DNA of 64,000 nt from Mobula hypostoma (taxonomy: Eukaryota), in NCBI RefSeq assembly GCF_963921235.1, contig NC_086097.1:38628001-38692000 (forward strand), read 5' to 3'. Made by a program: the position numbers and the translations under genes. Each line of letters opens with the position of its first letter. Positions within the stretch are counted from its first letter, which is position 1. Positions 26,337 to 39,608 of this stretch are shown here, in pieces. Below the pieces are notes generated by a model, which was not told where the DNA came from, made no database searches, and saw only the letters and a program-made list of their open reading frames with translations.

Positions 26337-27897
26337 CAGATGTCCCCCGCTTTTCGAACGTTCGCTTTATGAAACCTCACTGTTACGAAAGACCTACATT
26401 AGTACCCTGTTTTCGCTTTCAGAAGGTGTTTTCACTGTTACGAAAAAGAAATTCAGCGCACGATAAAAGGCAGTGCGCCCCGAGCAGACGCTCTCCCTGG
26501 GATTCGGAACTGCTTTGCTTTAACACGTGCCTGTGAGCAGCCGTTTGGAAGATGAGTTCTATGGTATCAGAAAAGCCTGAAAGAGCTCGTAAGGGTGTTA
26601 CACCTAGCGTAAAACTAGACATAATTAATCGTTTTGATCATGGTGAACTAAGTAAGGACAACGTGAGTTTAGCTTGTGGAAGCTGACGAACATGATGTTG
26701 AAGAGGTTTTGGCATCCCATCACCAAGAACTGACAAATGAAGAGCTGATGCAATTGGAAGAAAAAAGGATAACAATCGAAACCGAATGAGTAATGATAAA
26801 GTACGACTTTAACTTTGAAAGGGTACGTCGATTTAGGGGATATTTGCAGGATGGTTTGAGTCCTTATTAAAGAACTGTGTGATAGAAAAATGCGCAAGGC
26901 TCAGCAGTCAAACAAGCCTTCCACATCAGCCACAGCAGATGATGAACCTCGATATTCCACATCGAGGAGGGCAGAGATAGAAGAAGATGAGCTGCCTGCT
27001 CTAATGGAAACAGGCGACGAGATGACACCCCAGTGTCCCACCACCCCAACCCCCAGGCCACGGACAGATAACGATTCGCGGAGAATGCAAAAGTAGCCGG
27101 GAGACACACAGCACATCTTTAAGAAAAAGGCCGAAATAAACATGCTAATTAATTAGGTGCCACCGACATGTAATTATTGGCCCAGATCAGAGACGACGCA
27201 ACCGGAAATCGGCACTGATCTGGGCCGACAATTACGGACGGCACCTAATTAATTAGCATGCTTGTTTCGGCTTTTTTCTTAAAGATGTGCTGTGTATCTC
27301 CCGGCTACTGCTGGACCCCTGTGTTCTTCGCGGCAATGTATCGGTTCACAGCCCGGAGGGTGGGGGCCAGTGTACCAGCCAACCTGCGACGACTCAGTCT
27401 AACACACCATCATGTGTGCTCTGCGCTGTCTTCCCAATTCCAGTAAGTGATACTAAACTGTACATACATTATTACTACTTTATATCGGCGGTGTATTTTT
27501 ACCTGTTATTTGGTATGATTTGGCAGCTTCATCGCTTAAGGGTTATTGGAGAGTGCTTGCGCGTGTTTCTGCCGAGAGCGCTTGCGTGAGATTTTCTGCT
27601 GACAGCACTTGCGTGAGATTTTCGCTACGGAGAGCAGCGCAGTAATGATTGTGGAAAAGTATTTCTACTTTATATAGGCTGTGTATTTATCATATCATTC
27701 CTGCTTTTACTATATGTTACTGTTATTTTAGGTTTTATGTGTTTTTTGGCATGATTTGGTAGATTATTTTTGGGTCTGCGAACGCTCACAAAATTTTCCC
27801 ATATAAATAAATGGTAATTGCTTTTTCGCTTTACGACATTTTGGTTTACGAACCGTTTCATAGGAACCCTCTACTTTCGGATGGCGGGGGAAACCTG
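26337..27897 (+). mobile_element. Non-autonomous Tigger/pogo-like element with internal palindrome
   Basis: Termini cagatgtcccccgc and gcgggggaaacctg, with TA TSDs. TIGD1-like remnants (VKLDIINRF; HQELTNEELMQLEE). Confidence 0.8.
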
Positions 27898-29089
27898 TAT
27901 CTGACTTTAGCTTCTCCTTCTCAAAATTCAGGGTGAATTCAATCATTTTATGATCTCTGTCCGTAAGGGTTCTTTCACCTTAAGCTCTCAATTCAATTCT
28001 AGTTCATTGCAGCAACACCCAGCCCAGAATAGCTGATCCCCTAGTGGGCTCAACCACAAGCTGCTCTAAAAAGTCATCTCGTCATCACTCCAGAAATTCC
28101 CCCTCCTGGAATCCAGCACCAATCTGATTTTCCCAACCTACCTGCAAATTGGAATCCCCCATGATGATTGCAATATTGCCCTTTGGGCATACATTTTTTA
28201 TCACCAGCTGTAATTTGTAGACCACATCCTTACTACTGCTTGGGGGTCTGTATACAACTCCCATCAGGATCTTTTTACCCTTGCAGTTCCTTAGCTCTAT
28301 CCACCTTCTGACCTTATGTCACCTCTTTCTAATGATTTGATTTCTTTTTTTAGTAAGAGAAATGTTGCCCCCTCTGCCTTCTTGCCTGTCCTTTTGATAC
28401 AATGTGTATCCTTGGACATTAAGCTCCCAGCTATAATCTTCTTTCAGCCATGATTCAGTGATGCCTGCAACATCATACCTGCCAATTTGCAACTGTGCTA
28501 CAAGTTCATCTACCTCATTTCGTATACTGTGGACATTCAAATATAACACCTTCAGTCCTGTATTCATCATTTTTGATTTTGTCCGCTTTTTACATTGCAA
28601 CTCATCCTGTTGACTGCGATGTTTCCCTATCAACAGCCTCTCCTCACTACACATTGGCTCTATTTATAAACCAGCTACCCCTCTTCAGCACTATCACCCA
28701 CCTTTCCTACGATAGTTTTTGCATTGAAATATATGCAGCTCAAGACACTTTTCGCACCATGCTCAACCTTTTGATTTCTAACTGTCTGAGGTTTTACCAA
28801 TATCTGCCTCCTCAACCTCTCCACTAACTGTTTTGGCACTCTGGTTCCCATCCCCCTGCAACTCCAGTTTAACCCCACCATGTTGCATTAACAATTTTTC
28901 CTGCTAGGATTAGTCCCCCTCCATTTCAGGTGCAATCTGTCCTTTCTGTACAGATCCCACCTTCCCTGGAAGAGAGCCAGTAAATTAACTCAATGACTTG
29001 GCTCTGACTAAAGGGGACATCCTTCTATTCTGAGGTTCTTCCCCCTGGTCCTAGAGTTCTCCCCTATCATGCAAAAAAGAGAAATTATA

Positions 29090-30100
29090 CAGTATTAAAA
29101 AAAGTGAGGTAGTGTCCAAAGGTTCAAGGTCCATTTAGGAATCGGATGGCAGAGGGGAAAAAGCTGCTCCTGAACTGTTGAGTGTGTGCCTTCAGGCTTC
29201 TGAACCTCCTACCTGATGGTAACAGTAAGAAAAGGGCATGCCCTGGGTGCTGGAAGTCCTTAATAATGGATGCTGCCTTCCTGAGCACCGTTCCTTGAAG
29301 ATGTCCTGGGTACTTTGAAGGCTAGTACCCAAAATGGAGCCAACTAAATTTACAACCCTCTGCAGCTTCTTTCGGTCTTGTGCAGCAGCCCCTCCATACC
29401 AGACAGTGATGCAGCCTGTCAGAATGCTCTCCACGGTACAACTATAGAAATTTTTGAGGGTATTTGTTGACATGCCAAATCGCTTCAAACTCCTAATGAA
29501 GTGTAGCCGCTGTCTTGCCTTCTTTATAACTGCATTGATATGTTGGGACCAGGTTAGATTCTCAGAGATCTTGACACCCAGGAACTTGAAACTGCTCACT
29601 CTCTCCACTTCTGATCCTTCTATGAGGATTGGTATGTGTTCCTTTGTCTTACCCTTCCTGAAGTCCACAGTTAGCTCTTTCATCTTACTGACGTTGAGTA
29701 CTAGGTTGTTGTTGCGACACTACTCTACTAACAGGCATATCTCACTCCTGTACGCCCTCGCTTCACATCTAAGATTCTACCAACAATGGTTGTATTATCA
29801 GCAAACTTATAGATGGTATTTGAGCCTAGCCACACAGTCATGGGTACATAGAGAGTAAAGCAGTAGGCTAAGCACACACCCCTGAGGTACACCAGTGTTG
29901 ATCGTTAGTGAGGAGGAGATGTTATCACCAATCGCACAGATTGTGGTCTTCCGGTTAGGAAGTCGAGGATCCAATTGCAGAGGTCCAGGTTCTGCAACTT
30001 CTCGATCAGAATTGTGGGAATGATGGTATTAAATGTTGAGCTACAGTTGATGAACAGCATCCCGACATAGGTGTTTGTGTTGTCCAGGTGGTCTAAAGCA
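29090..30100 (-). mobile_element. Rex1/Babar LINE fragment
   Basis: ORF 29192-29683 (VSSFKFLGVKIS, KKARQRLHFIRSLKRFG). Same family as 53490-54450. Confidence 0.85.
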
Positions 30101-30970
30101 ATGTCCTTCTGCTTTGAAGCTGTGCCTTCTGGTCCTACACTCTCCCACTACTGGAAACATCCTCTCCACATCTACTCTATTAAGGGCTTTCAATATTCCT
30201 TAGGTTTCAATGACAAACTCCTCATTCTTCTAAACTTCAGCAAGTACAGGCCCAGAGCCATCAAACACCTTTCATTCCTGGGATTATTCTTGTACATCTC
30301 CTCTGGATCTCTCCAATGCCAGAATATCATTTCTCAGATGCAGGGCCCAAATTGCTCACAATCCCTCAAATGTGGTCTGACCAATGCCTTGTAAAGCCTT
30401 AGCATTACACTCTTGCTTCTACATTCTAGTCATTTTGAAATGAATGCCAACATTTCATTTGCTTTCCTTACTACCAACTCACCCTTCAAGTTAGCCTTTA
30501 GGGAATCCTGCACTAGGACTCCCAAGTTCCAGTGTACCTCTTATTTCTGAATTCACCCCCATTTTAAACAATACTCTATTTTCTTTCTGTTTATTCCTTC
30601 TAAAAGTGAATGACCATACACTTCCATAGACTATATTCCATCTGACACTTACTTGACCTTTCTCCTAAGCTGTCCAAGTCCCTCTGCAAACTCGCTGCTT
30701 GCTCAATACTTCCATGCTCCTCCACCTATCTTTAAGTCATCCACAAAATTGGTTACTAGGACATCAACTCCATCATGCAGATTATTAATACATAATGTGA
30801 ACAGCAGCAGACCCAACACTGACCTCCTGTGGAACACAAGTCTCTTGCAGCCAAACAGAAAAGGCCTCCTTTATCCCCACTCTTTGCCTTCTGCCAATCA
30901 GACAATCTTCTATCCATGATAGTATATTTCCTATATCATAGGCTCTTATCATGTTTAACAGCTTCATGTG
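30100..30970 (-). mobile_element. Degenerate CR1 ORF2 3' fragment
   Basis: ILSWIEDCLIGRRQRVGI remnant; resembles 20340-21240. Confidence 0.75.
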
Positions 30971-31002
30971 AGTCAGTTCACTATGACAAAGCTATTGAAG
31001 AA

Positions 31003-31541
31003 CGGACATCCCACCCTGCAAAAACTCATTTCAGGGAGGTAGCACCATCAATTTGTGGGAAACTCCCGTTACTTCCGGGAGAGGTGAGTGTCTGCAATAG
31101 AGCAGCTCCTTAGCAGCTGGCCAGCTAGCTTAAATAATGTTAGCTATGCTAATGAACGAATGACACTTGTTAAACTCACCTCGACATGTCTTTTACATTT
31201 TAACCCACCATGGGCAACAGAAAAGTCACTGTTGCAAACAGTCCAGCAAGCAACACTGTCATTATTTTTGACCCCTATTAGGCAGGGGTACACTTTAGTG
31301 TAGTCTGGGGTGATGTACGTTTTATATTTTCTTTTTTTGGAACACTCTGCCATGGCGCGCTCTTGTGCTCTCTCTTTCTCGCGCTCTCACTTGCTTTCTC
31401 TCTCACGCTCTCTCTTGCTTTCTCTCGCTCGCTCGCAAAAAAAAATGATTTCTGTGATATTGTATATAATTTGCGGGCATCAGGGAGCCACTATTAATAT
31501 GCGGGAGACTCCCGGAACTACTGGGAGAGGTGGGATGTCTG
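31003..31541 (-). mobile_element. Deleted DNA transposon (hAT-like) retaining the BED zinc-finger exon
   Basis: TIR cggacatcccacc and ggtgggatgtctg; GAAGAA duplicated on both sides. ORF 31144-31353 has (C)WTVCNSDFSVAHGG..KRH followed by a gtgagt donor. Confidence 0.7.
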
Positions 31542-33576
31542 GAAGAACAGCATGTTCTGATCAGTAGCTCTAAGCAGCAGATTTCCATTTTCCATGTACA
31601 TAAACGCTCCTCGATTCTCCACCTGGTCTATTAATAGTCATTTCATATTCATGTTTCTTTTTTCAGGATTCACCGATAATTGGAATGTTTTTCCAAGCCC
31701 ACTCATCAAAGCCATTCAAATTCTGAAGACCTCAATAAGGATTTTCATGGTCACATTTTCAAAAAGATAACAAACCCTAGACTGACTTTCTTCACAGCTG
31801 TTTCCTCAAGTTATTTATTATGCAGGTATTTTAATTCAACATTCTTATCACAGAAGATTGTTGGTTGAACAACTACTTCAAAAAACTTGAGCACAGAAAT
31901 CTAGTCTAAAGCTCCTATGGAGTAATGAATCATTGAAGGCAGAGTTATTTGAATGAGATGTCAAGAGCCGAAGGATCCATGTGGTTGCTCAGGTGGACCC
32001 ACAGATCCCATGATAATTCAAACAACATGGTGTTTACCCTGTAGACCTTACAACATCACAAAAAATATATTTATCTCTCAAGTAGATCACATGACATTGC
32101 TCTGGAACTGAATACCGACTTAATACGAAGTAAACTATACTTGCAATTATTTTCAAGTCAAATTTCACCTATTATGCAAATATGCAACTGTTGGTGAGAC
32201 AGTTTGCAGTTCACACGGATTCTGATTTATCCAAACAGTGAAGGCAAGTAACTAATTAAAGCAAAGAAAACAATAAGTATTCTAACATAAAAATCATAAT
32301 TCACTTCTGCAGTTCATTTGTTTTGAAATTATAATTGATGAAGAAGGCAACGAAAATGGCAGCAGGATACACTTTAAACAGTCAGGTGTAACGCATGGAT
32401 GGTTAGCAGAAGAAGTTTACTGAGAGATCTAAGGTGGTGCATTTTAGTAGAAAAATGAAAAGAGGTGTATAGAATAAAGGTTATTATTTTAAAACAGAGA
32501 AACAAATGGATTCAGAGATATCTATACACCAATCACTGAGATGACAGAGCAGGTTAAATAAATGGTTAACAAAGGATCACAGTTCTGGGCTTTACCAATA
32601 GAAAAATAATATAAAAGCAGGGAAATTACTCTGAACCATTTCAAAGAGTTGGTCTGTAACTTAAGCTTTACATTAATCTCTGGTTGCCACGTCATAGGAA
32701 GGATATGAAGATATGAGAGGGGTCCAGAAAGGATTATTGAGAATGGTTTATAGATGAGGGAGCACAGTTAGAATAACAGAGATGCTGGGACTTTTTTTCT
32801 TTTAAAATATTGAGGGTAGATTTCACAGGCATAAAAAACGATGAGGTGTCAATAATGGCAGAAGGTTGAGGACCAGATGTGATGGATATAAAATAAAAGG
32901 GAAGGAGAGAGTTAAGTATTGTATGAGGAGAAGTAATTTAAAAATCTAGTGGTGGTGTAGGATTCTCAGTAATACTAATTGTAATGTTAATTGTTAAGGC
33001 TGACAAAATGGCTTCTCTGTAATGTTAACTGCTGAGTAAGGGGTTCTCTGTAGCAGCATGTTTGGGTTATAATTAGTGATAACAGGACTTGTATTCATTT
33101 GCTAGCCAATGGAAGTCATGTTATTCTATCTGCATGTGCGGGAGCCGGAGAAGCGCAGGTTTTTGGTTGAGAAGAGAAGAGGTCAGACGTGAGTCAAGCG
33201 CTCTGGTAGATCACCGGGAATGATCCCAGCCGAGGGTCGACAGAGTTCAGAGGAGATCGATGGGAGGAAAGGATACCAAATTTTGTGAGCTCCAACGAAT
33301 TATCTATGCAGAGAATTGACAAATTTACTGATTTGCGCCTTTATTTTATTTGTTTCTACTAACCCATCACCGAGAAATAATTATAATGTGTAATTATTTA
33401 CTGGCCTATTGTGTACTGTCTGATATTGTGGGCTTGTACCGGGGTGCAATCACACAGTATCCACACCAACGCGATTACAGAGTTGGTGGGGTCAACGCCA
33501 GTTTACCCTAGACAAACGGGAGTTAAGTGGGACGTAGTCGCTACATTGTGGGGGCTCGTTCAGGATTTGAATTGTG

Positions 33577-36500
33577 ATGGATACTGTGTAATTTGCCTGG
33601 TTTAAATTAGTGGAGGTGGACCCCGATAAGATTGAATCCTGGTGTGAGATCGAAGTAGTACCGGTTAATCATGCCTGTGCATTAAGTGGGGTGGATATGC
33701 GTACCTCAGAGGAAGTGTTAATTCAATGGTTGAGTACGGTTAAAGCTGTAGGTAAGGTTGAAATCGTAGCCAGAAAGTTTGGTCAAATGTCGGATTCAGG
33801 CTTTGTGTTAGTTCAGACTAGTGCTGATGTCAAGCAGCAGGACTGCCAGCATCTATCGGTGACCCCAGTGAGGTGGGGCAGTGGGGCATGCACATTGTCA
33901 TGGAGGGAGGGTCTGATGGGACACCAGAGGAGTTGCCTGATGCTGGGGGCAGAGATTTTAGAGATCGGGTCCTATTGTTTCTGAGGGATGAAGGAAGGGA
34001 GTGGTCAGATTTGGAAGATTTAATTAGTCCCCATCCCCCACAGATAATTACTCCCCATCCCCAACGAAAGGGTGAGGGCTCTGAGTTGGCCTCAGCCATT
34101 AACTCCCTGGTGAACAAGGCAGCGGGTCCTCGTCAGAAGTTGAGAGTTCTCTCAGGGAGGACTCCCACCCCTGAGGGTGAAGACGGTTATGAGTCATGGA
34201 TACAGCACGTGTCTCAGCTGCTAGGTAAGTGGCAGTGTTCTGAGGAAGAAAAGAGACAGTGATTGGTTGAATGTTTGAGGGGGGTGGCGGCTGATGTACT
34301 AAGAGGCATGAAAGTTAATCAGCCTTATGCTTCTCTGACTGAGTATCTAAAAGCATTAGAGGAGGCTTTTGGTCTGGCGGGGAGCACGGTGGAGCTTTTA
34401 GGGGGGCTTCGGAACCTGCGTCAGGAGAAAGGGGAAAAGCTTTCCGAGTATCTTTTCTGGATAGAACGACAGCTAAATTGTTTGAGGTGCCGGGGGGGTC
34501 ATTTTGGGGACTGAGGTGGATCAGATAAGTATAGACCAGGTAGCCAGGGGCACACAGAGGAATGACATGATTGCTATGGGTCTCCGGCAGTCCCGTAGAA
34601 CATGGTTTCCCCCCCCCCCCATCCTTTGTTCAGTTGCTTAGAGAGGTGAGGGAGGAGGAGGATGCATTGGAGTCAGAAGAGGGCTCCGTGAGTATGGTGC
34701 AGTCCTCAATAGTAGCCCTTTATGGTGGAGTGACCGGGGCCAGCTCCACTCAGGAGATAGTAAAGGGGGTCACGGCAGATGGGGTTCCTCTGCGTGAAGG
34801 GACTAGCAGAGAGTCCCTCCCTGAAGGGACAGATGGCACTGAGGCCAGGCAGAGGCCGGGGTCCCGCGAGACGAGGCGTGTGTTGTAACTGTGGGGAAGA
34901 GGGGCACTTCAGGTGGGAACGTGAAAGGCAGGGGGCCCCCTCGGAGAGCAAGTCCACAGATATCCCAGCAGGGAGAGGGGTCGGGAAACTTAGAGGAGAC
35001 CCAGTGAGGTAATGGCCTGGAGTCTCCAGGAAAACACGTTCCCAACAATGTGCCACAGGACCCCCGGGAGGAAAAGACCCTATCCCAGAAGGATTGGTGG
35101 GACCCCGATCCAGTGTGTCGATTCGGATAGAGGAAATAGATGCAAAAGCCATTCTCGACACTGGGTCGCAGGTCATGTTACTGTACTGTTCATTCTACGA
35201 TCAGTATTTGCAGCATTTTCCCTTGACACCCTTCAGTGCACTGGAAATTTGTGGTATCAGCTTTGGTGATTACCGTACGACGGTGATCTGTCAGTGAAGC
35301 TGCAGTTCTTGGAGGCTGAGGTGGGAGTGCCTGCAGCTCATGAGGCCTTGGTGCTGGTTTGCCCGGACCCTGTTGAGACTGGAGGTGTGTCCATTCTGGC
35401 AGGGACCAACACCCCTATTGTACAGAGGCTCCTGGGGGCCTGCAAGGAGCAGGAAGGTGAGGACTTTTTGGAGACCCTGTTGGTGCACCCAGTGTTTCAA
35501 GCTGCTTTTAAGGAAGTGAGTGGCCGCACTGGGATAGACTCGAAATTTAAAAGAGGAACTGTGTGGTGTGCCCAGTCGAAGCCCAGGGTGGTACGACCCG
35601 GGGAAGTAGCAAGAGTGATGGGGACCCCCAGATTTCCCGGGGAGCCTGAGGGTGAAGCCCTTTTAGTGGACTTTAGGAAGATCTCGAGGGGGAATTGAGA
35701 TTTCCAGTTGGGGTGCTGGTGAGACCCAAGTTGCAGAAGCCCTCAGTGGCACGCAGGATGGTGGTGATCATCAGGAACGCTATGAAAAGGGAGGTCACCT
35801 TTAAGCGAGGGATGCCCTTGGCGCAGTTGTTCCCGGAGACAGTGATGCATAGTGCCCCCGTGAGGCTCGCTGGGGGAGAGCTATGGAAAACAGGGGTAAG
35901 TTGACCACACAGGCTTTTAACTCTGGGGCCTCACCTGTGCCGGAGCGTTGGAAGCAGAGGCTGGTGGAGAAGATGTTGATGCTGAAAGATGTTTTCTCCC
36001 TTGACCAGTTTGATGTGGGTTGTTCCAGGAGCACTCGCCACACCATCCGAGTGATTAAGGACATCCTGTTTCGAGAGAGGTCGCGGCGACTGGCCCCTGC
36101 CGACGTGGAAGACGTGCGGCAGCATTTGTGTAAGTTGAAGGAAGCCGGGATCATCGTGGGGTCCTGAAGACCTTATGCGTCCCCAATAGTAGTGGCCCAG
36201 AAGAAAAATGGGAAGATTCATATGTGTATGGATTACAGGACCCTGAACGGGCGCACCGTCCCTGACCAGTATACGGTCCCAGGGTCAAAGACACGCTGGC
36301 CTGTCTGAGTGGGGCGAAGTGGTTCAGCGTACTGGCCTTGAGGAGTGGATATTACCAGATCCCCATGAGTGAGGCCAATAAAGAGAAGACTATTCATATG
36401 CCCTCAGGGATTTTTCCAGTTCGAAAGGATGCCCCAGGCCATATCGGGAGCCGCTGCCACCTTTCAGAGGGTCATGGAGAAGGCGGTGGGGGATATGAAC

Positions 36501-39190
36501 TTGCTTGAAGTGCTGGTATATTTTGATGACCTGATAGTATTTGGATCCACCTTGGAAGAACACAAAGCAAGGCTAATGGAAGTGCTGAACCGACTGAAGG
36601 ATGAAGGATTAAAGTTTTCCTTGGACAAATGTCAGTTCTGCCAGATGTCTGTTAGCTATGTTGGATACGTCATCTCTCGGATTGGAGTAGCTACTGACCC
36701 GGCTAAGATCGAAGCGGTGACCAGTTGGCCAAGGCCCCAGACTGTGAGTGCTCTGCTCTTGTTCTTGGGGTTCTGTGGATACTACCAGAGATTCGTGAAG
36801 GGCTACGCCAAGGTGAGTCTCTCCTTGACCCAGCTTCTGCATGGCTACCCTCCTCTGGGACGGAAAGGGAGGAGAGGATGGGAGGTTGGAGAATATTTGA
36901 ACCCGTCAGAGCCCTTCGGACAGAGATGGGATGACAAATGTGAGGAGGCTTTTCAGTCGTTGAAAAAGATGCTGACTCAGGCTCCAGTGCTGGCTTTTGC
37001 GGACCCCGATTGCCCTACGGGCTACACACCAATGCCAGCCGTGAGGGATTAAGGGCCATCCTGGATCAGGATCAGGGCTCCAGGCTGAGGCACGCAGCAT
37101 TTGTCAGCCAGAGTTTGTTGCCCTCTGAGAGAAACTATCCCACCCACAAGTTGGAGTTCCTGGCATTGAAATGGGCGGTGGTGGATAAGCTGAGTGACTA
37201 TCTCTACGGGGCCAAGTGTGAGGTGAGGACGGACAACAACCTGCTCACCTACATCCTGACCTCGGTGAAACTGGATGCCACAGGCCATCGGTGGCTGGCA
37301 GCGTTGTCTATATATGATTTCAGCCTGAAGTACCGGCCAAGGAGCCGGAATGTCGATGCGGATGCTCTGTCCCGACAGAGGCACGAGGAACTGGAGAGGG
37401 ACGAGGAGTGGGAGAGTGTTCCTCTGTATCCAGGGTGAAGGCCATGTGTCAGTTTGCTATCACCGTGCAGGCCGAGAAAAAGGAGAGGCCAGATCGCGTT
37501 GTGGACTCATTGGGGGCGTCCAGTGACGCTCTACCCCTAATTTACTGTGACCTGATTGCTGTGAAGACCACGCAGCTGCCAGAGTTAAGCTTTGGGGAAG
37601 TGGCCGCCACTCAGCGAGATGACTCAGGCATTGGCCCTGTCTGGCACGCAATTGAAGAGGGGGATGTGACACGGGTGGAGAAGACAAAACATGTTTCAGT
37701 GTCTCTGTTACTGAGACAACGGTTTCAGTTGAGGTTGAAGAACCAAATTTTATACCAGGTAACATCACCCCCGGACCGACCGCGGTGTTGGCAGCTGGTC
37801 CTGCCTGAGAAGTATCGGAAGGTTGTGTTGAAGTCACTCCATGATGACTCTGGACATTTGGGGGTGGAAAAAACCTATGGGTTGCTCAGGGACTGGTTTT
37901 ACTGGCCCCGAATGAGGTCAGAGGTCAAAGAGCACTGCAAGTCCTGCATTCATTGCATTCGCTGGAAGATGCCGCCTGGGCAAGCTGCTCCTCTGTCACA
38001 CTTGCAGAGTGCGGGGCCTTTGGACCTGGTGTGTATGGATTTCCTGGCCATAGAACCTGATGCCAGCAGCAAGGTGAATGTCTTAGTCATCACTGACCAC
38101 TACACCGGGTATGCTCAAGTTTTCCCTACCAAGGATCACAGGGTGATTACGGTGGCAAAAGTGCTATGGGAGAAGTATTTTGTGCATTATGGCCTTCCAA
38201 GGCGGATACATAGTGACCAGGGATGGGACTTTGAGAGTAAGCTCATCTATGAGTTACTGGGCATGCTGGGGGTTGAGAAATCGAGGTTCACGCTCTATCA
38301 TCCGCAGGGCGATCCCCAGCCGGAAAGGTTTAATCGGACGTTGCTAGACATACTCGGGACTCTGGAGATCAGCAAAAAGAACAGATGGAGTTGACATATT
38401 GGGCATCTAGTTCATTGTTACAACTGTACACGCAACGAAGCTACTGGATACTCGCCCTATTATCTGATGTTTGGGCGTGAAGCAAGGTTGCCCATTGACC
38501 TCTGTTTCGGGACTGACGCGGGTGAGATATCGCCAAAGCCTTACTTGAAGTATGTGTCTGATATGCAGAAAGAGCTGAAAAGGGCTTATGAGTTGATTGG
38601 GGAGGCGGCTGCCTGGCAGAATTGGGGAAATAAGAGGAGGTATGACCAAAAAGTAAAGTTCTCTCAACTCCTACCGGGAGACCGAGTCCACATGAGGAAT
38701 TTGGGATTACCTGGAAAGCACAAGTTGACTGATCGCTGGGCGGCCACACCCGATGTGGTGGAGAGTCAGATGCCAAATTTACCAGTTTTCCGGGTGCAGC
38801 CCGAGAATGGAAAGGGGCCTGTCAAGATTCTCCATCGGAATCACCTGTTGCCCCTGGGGCAAGACGTACAGGTAGAGCGGGAGCCTGACACGGCGGCTGC
38901 ACCTAGTACAAGGACTCTGCGTACCCGCGGGGTGATGGAAAAGCCCACCCTGGAAGAGACGGGCCTGGGCCCAGCCCCTGTGGGGAATATTGATTCGAAG
39001 GATGACGATTTGGACGATTGGTACCCGATGCCGTTCGCTGATGCCCCCGTAATGGAGGAAGAGACTCCTGGCCCTTCCCCCACTGGGTTAGATGGGGTAA
39101 GGGGGGCTAGTGATGGGCAGTCGGTGGTACCGCAGGGCACTGAAGGAGAGGAAATGTGGGGTCCGAACGAGAAACAGACAGTTCCAGGGT
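33577..39190 (+). pseudogene. Gypsy gag-pol (frameshifted; PR-RT-RH-IN order)
   Basis: Consecutive ORF fragments 33610-33984, 33873-34262, 34263-34514, 34571-34888, 35094-35297, 35294-35698, 35883-36167, 36369-37052, 37010-37438, 37408-38394 and 38467-39190. Confidence 0.9.
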
Positions 39191-39191
39191 G

Positions 39192-39608
39192 TCAGGTACC
39201 CCATCTGTTACTTATTTTTATGCACACATTCTTTCTCTCACTCTCCTTTTTCTCCCTCTGTCCCTCTGAATATACCTCTTGCCCATCCTCTGGGTTCCCC
39301 CGCCCCTTGTCTTTCTTCCCGGACCTCCTGTCCCATGATCCTCTCGTATCCCCTTTTGCCTATCACCTGTCCAGCTCTTGGCTCTATCCCTCCCCCTCCT
39401 GTCTTCTCCTATCATTTTGGATCTCCCCCTCCCCCTCCAACTTTCAAATCCCTTACTCACTCTTCCTTCAGTTAGTCCTGACGAAGGGTCTCGGCCTGAA
39501 ATGTCAACTGCACCTCTTCCTACAGATACTGCCTGGCCTGCTGCGTTCACCAGCAACTTTGATGTGTGTTGCTTGAATTTCCAGCATCTGCAGAATTCCT
39601 GTTGTTTG
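39192..39608 (+). mobile_element. Penelope-like pLTR fragment inserted in element B
   Basis: 12-bp TSD AGTTCCAGGGTG at 39180-39191 and 39609-39620. Reverse complement of the pLTR at 51580-51985. Confidence 0.85.
39469..39510 (+). ncRNA. Minimal type I hammerhead ribozyme motif (Penelope-associated)
   Basis: cagttagtc-CTGACGA-agggtctcggcct-GAAA-tg-TC-aactg: core boxes, short stem II and rudimentary stem III, with CpG-type decay. Confidence 0.7.

Larger units (their letters stand above)
19900..28980 (-). mobile_element. Long degenerate CR1 LINE interrupted by a Gypsy element (21248-25343) and a Tigger (26337-27897)
   Basis: CR1 ORF2 remnants (GITESWL, KSPRPDGVHPRVLKE, NYRPVS, VMHFGRRN). The sequence is continuous across both insertions. 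The 3' tail is duplicated at ~19900-20250. Confidence 0.85.

Noticed and set aside
39190..39576. Hydrophobic C-terminal extension of ORF 38467-39576 as an env-like or transmembrane domain
   Set aside because: It is read-through into the CT-rich Penelope pLTR insertion bounded by a TSD.
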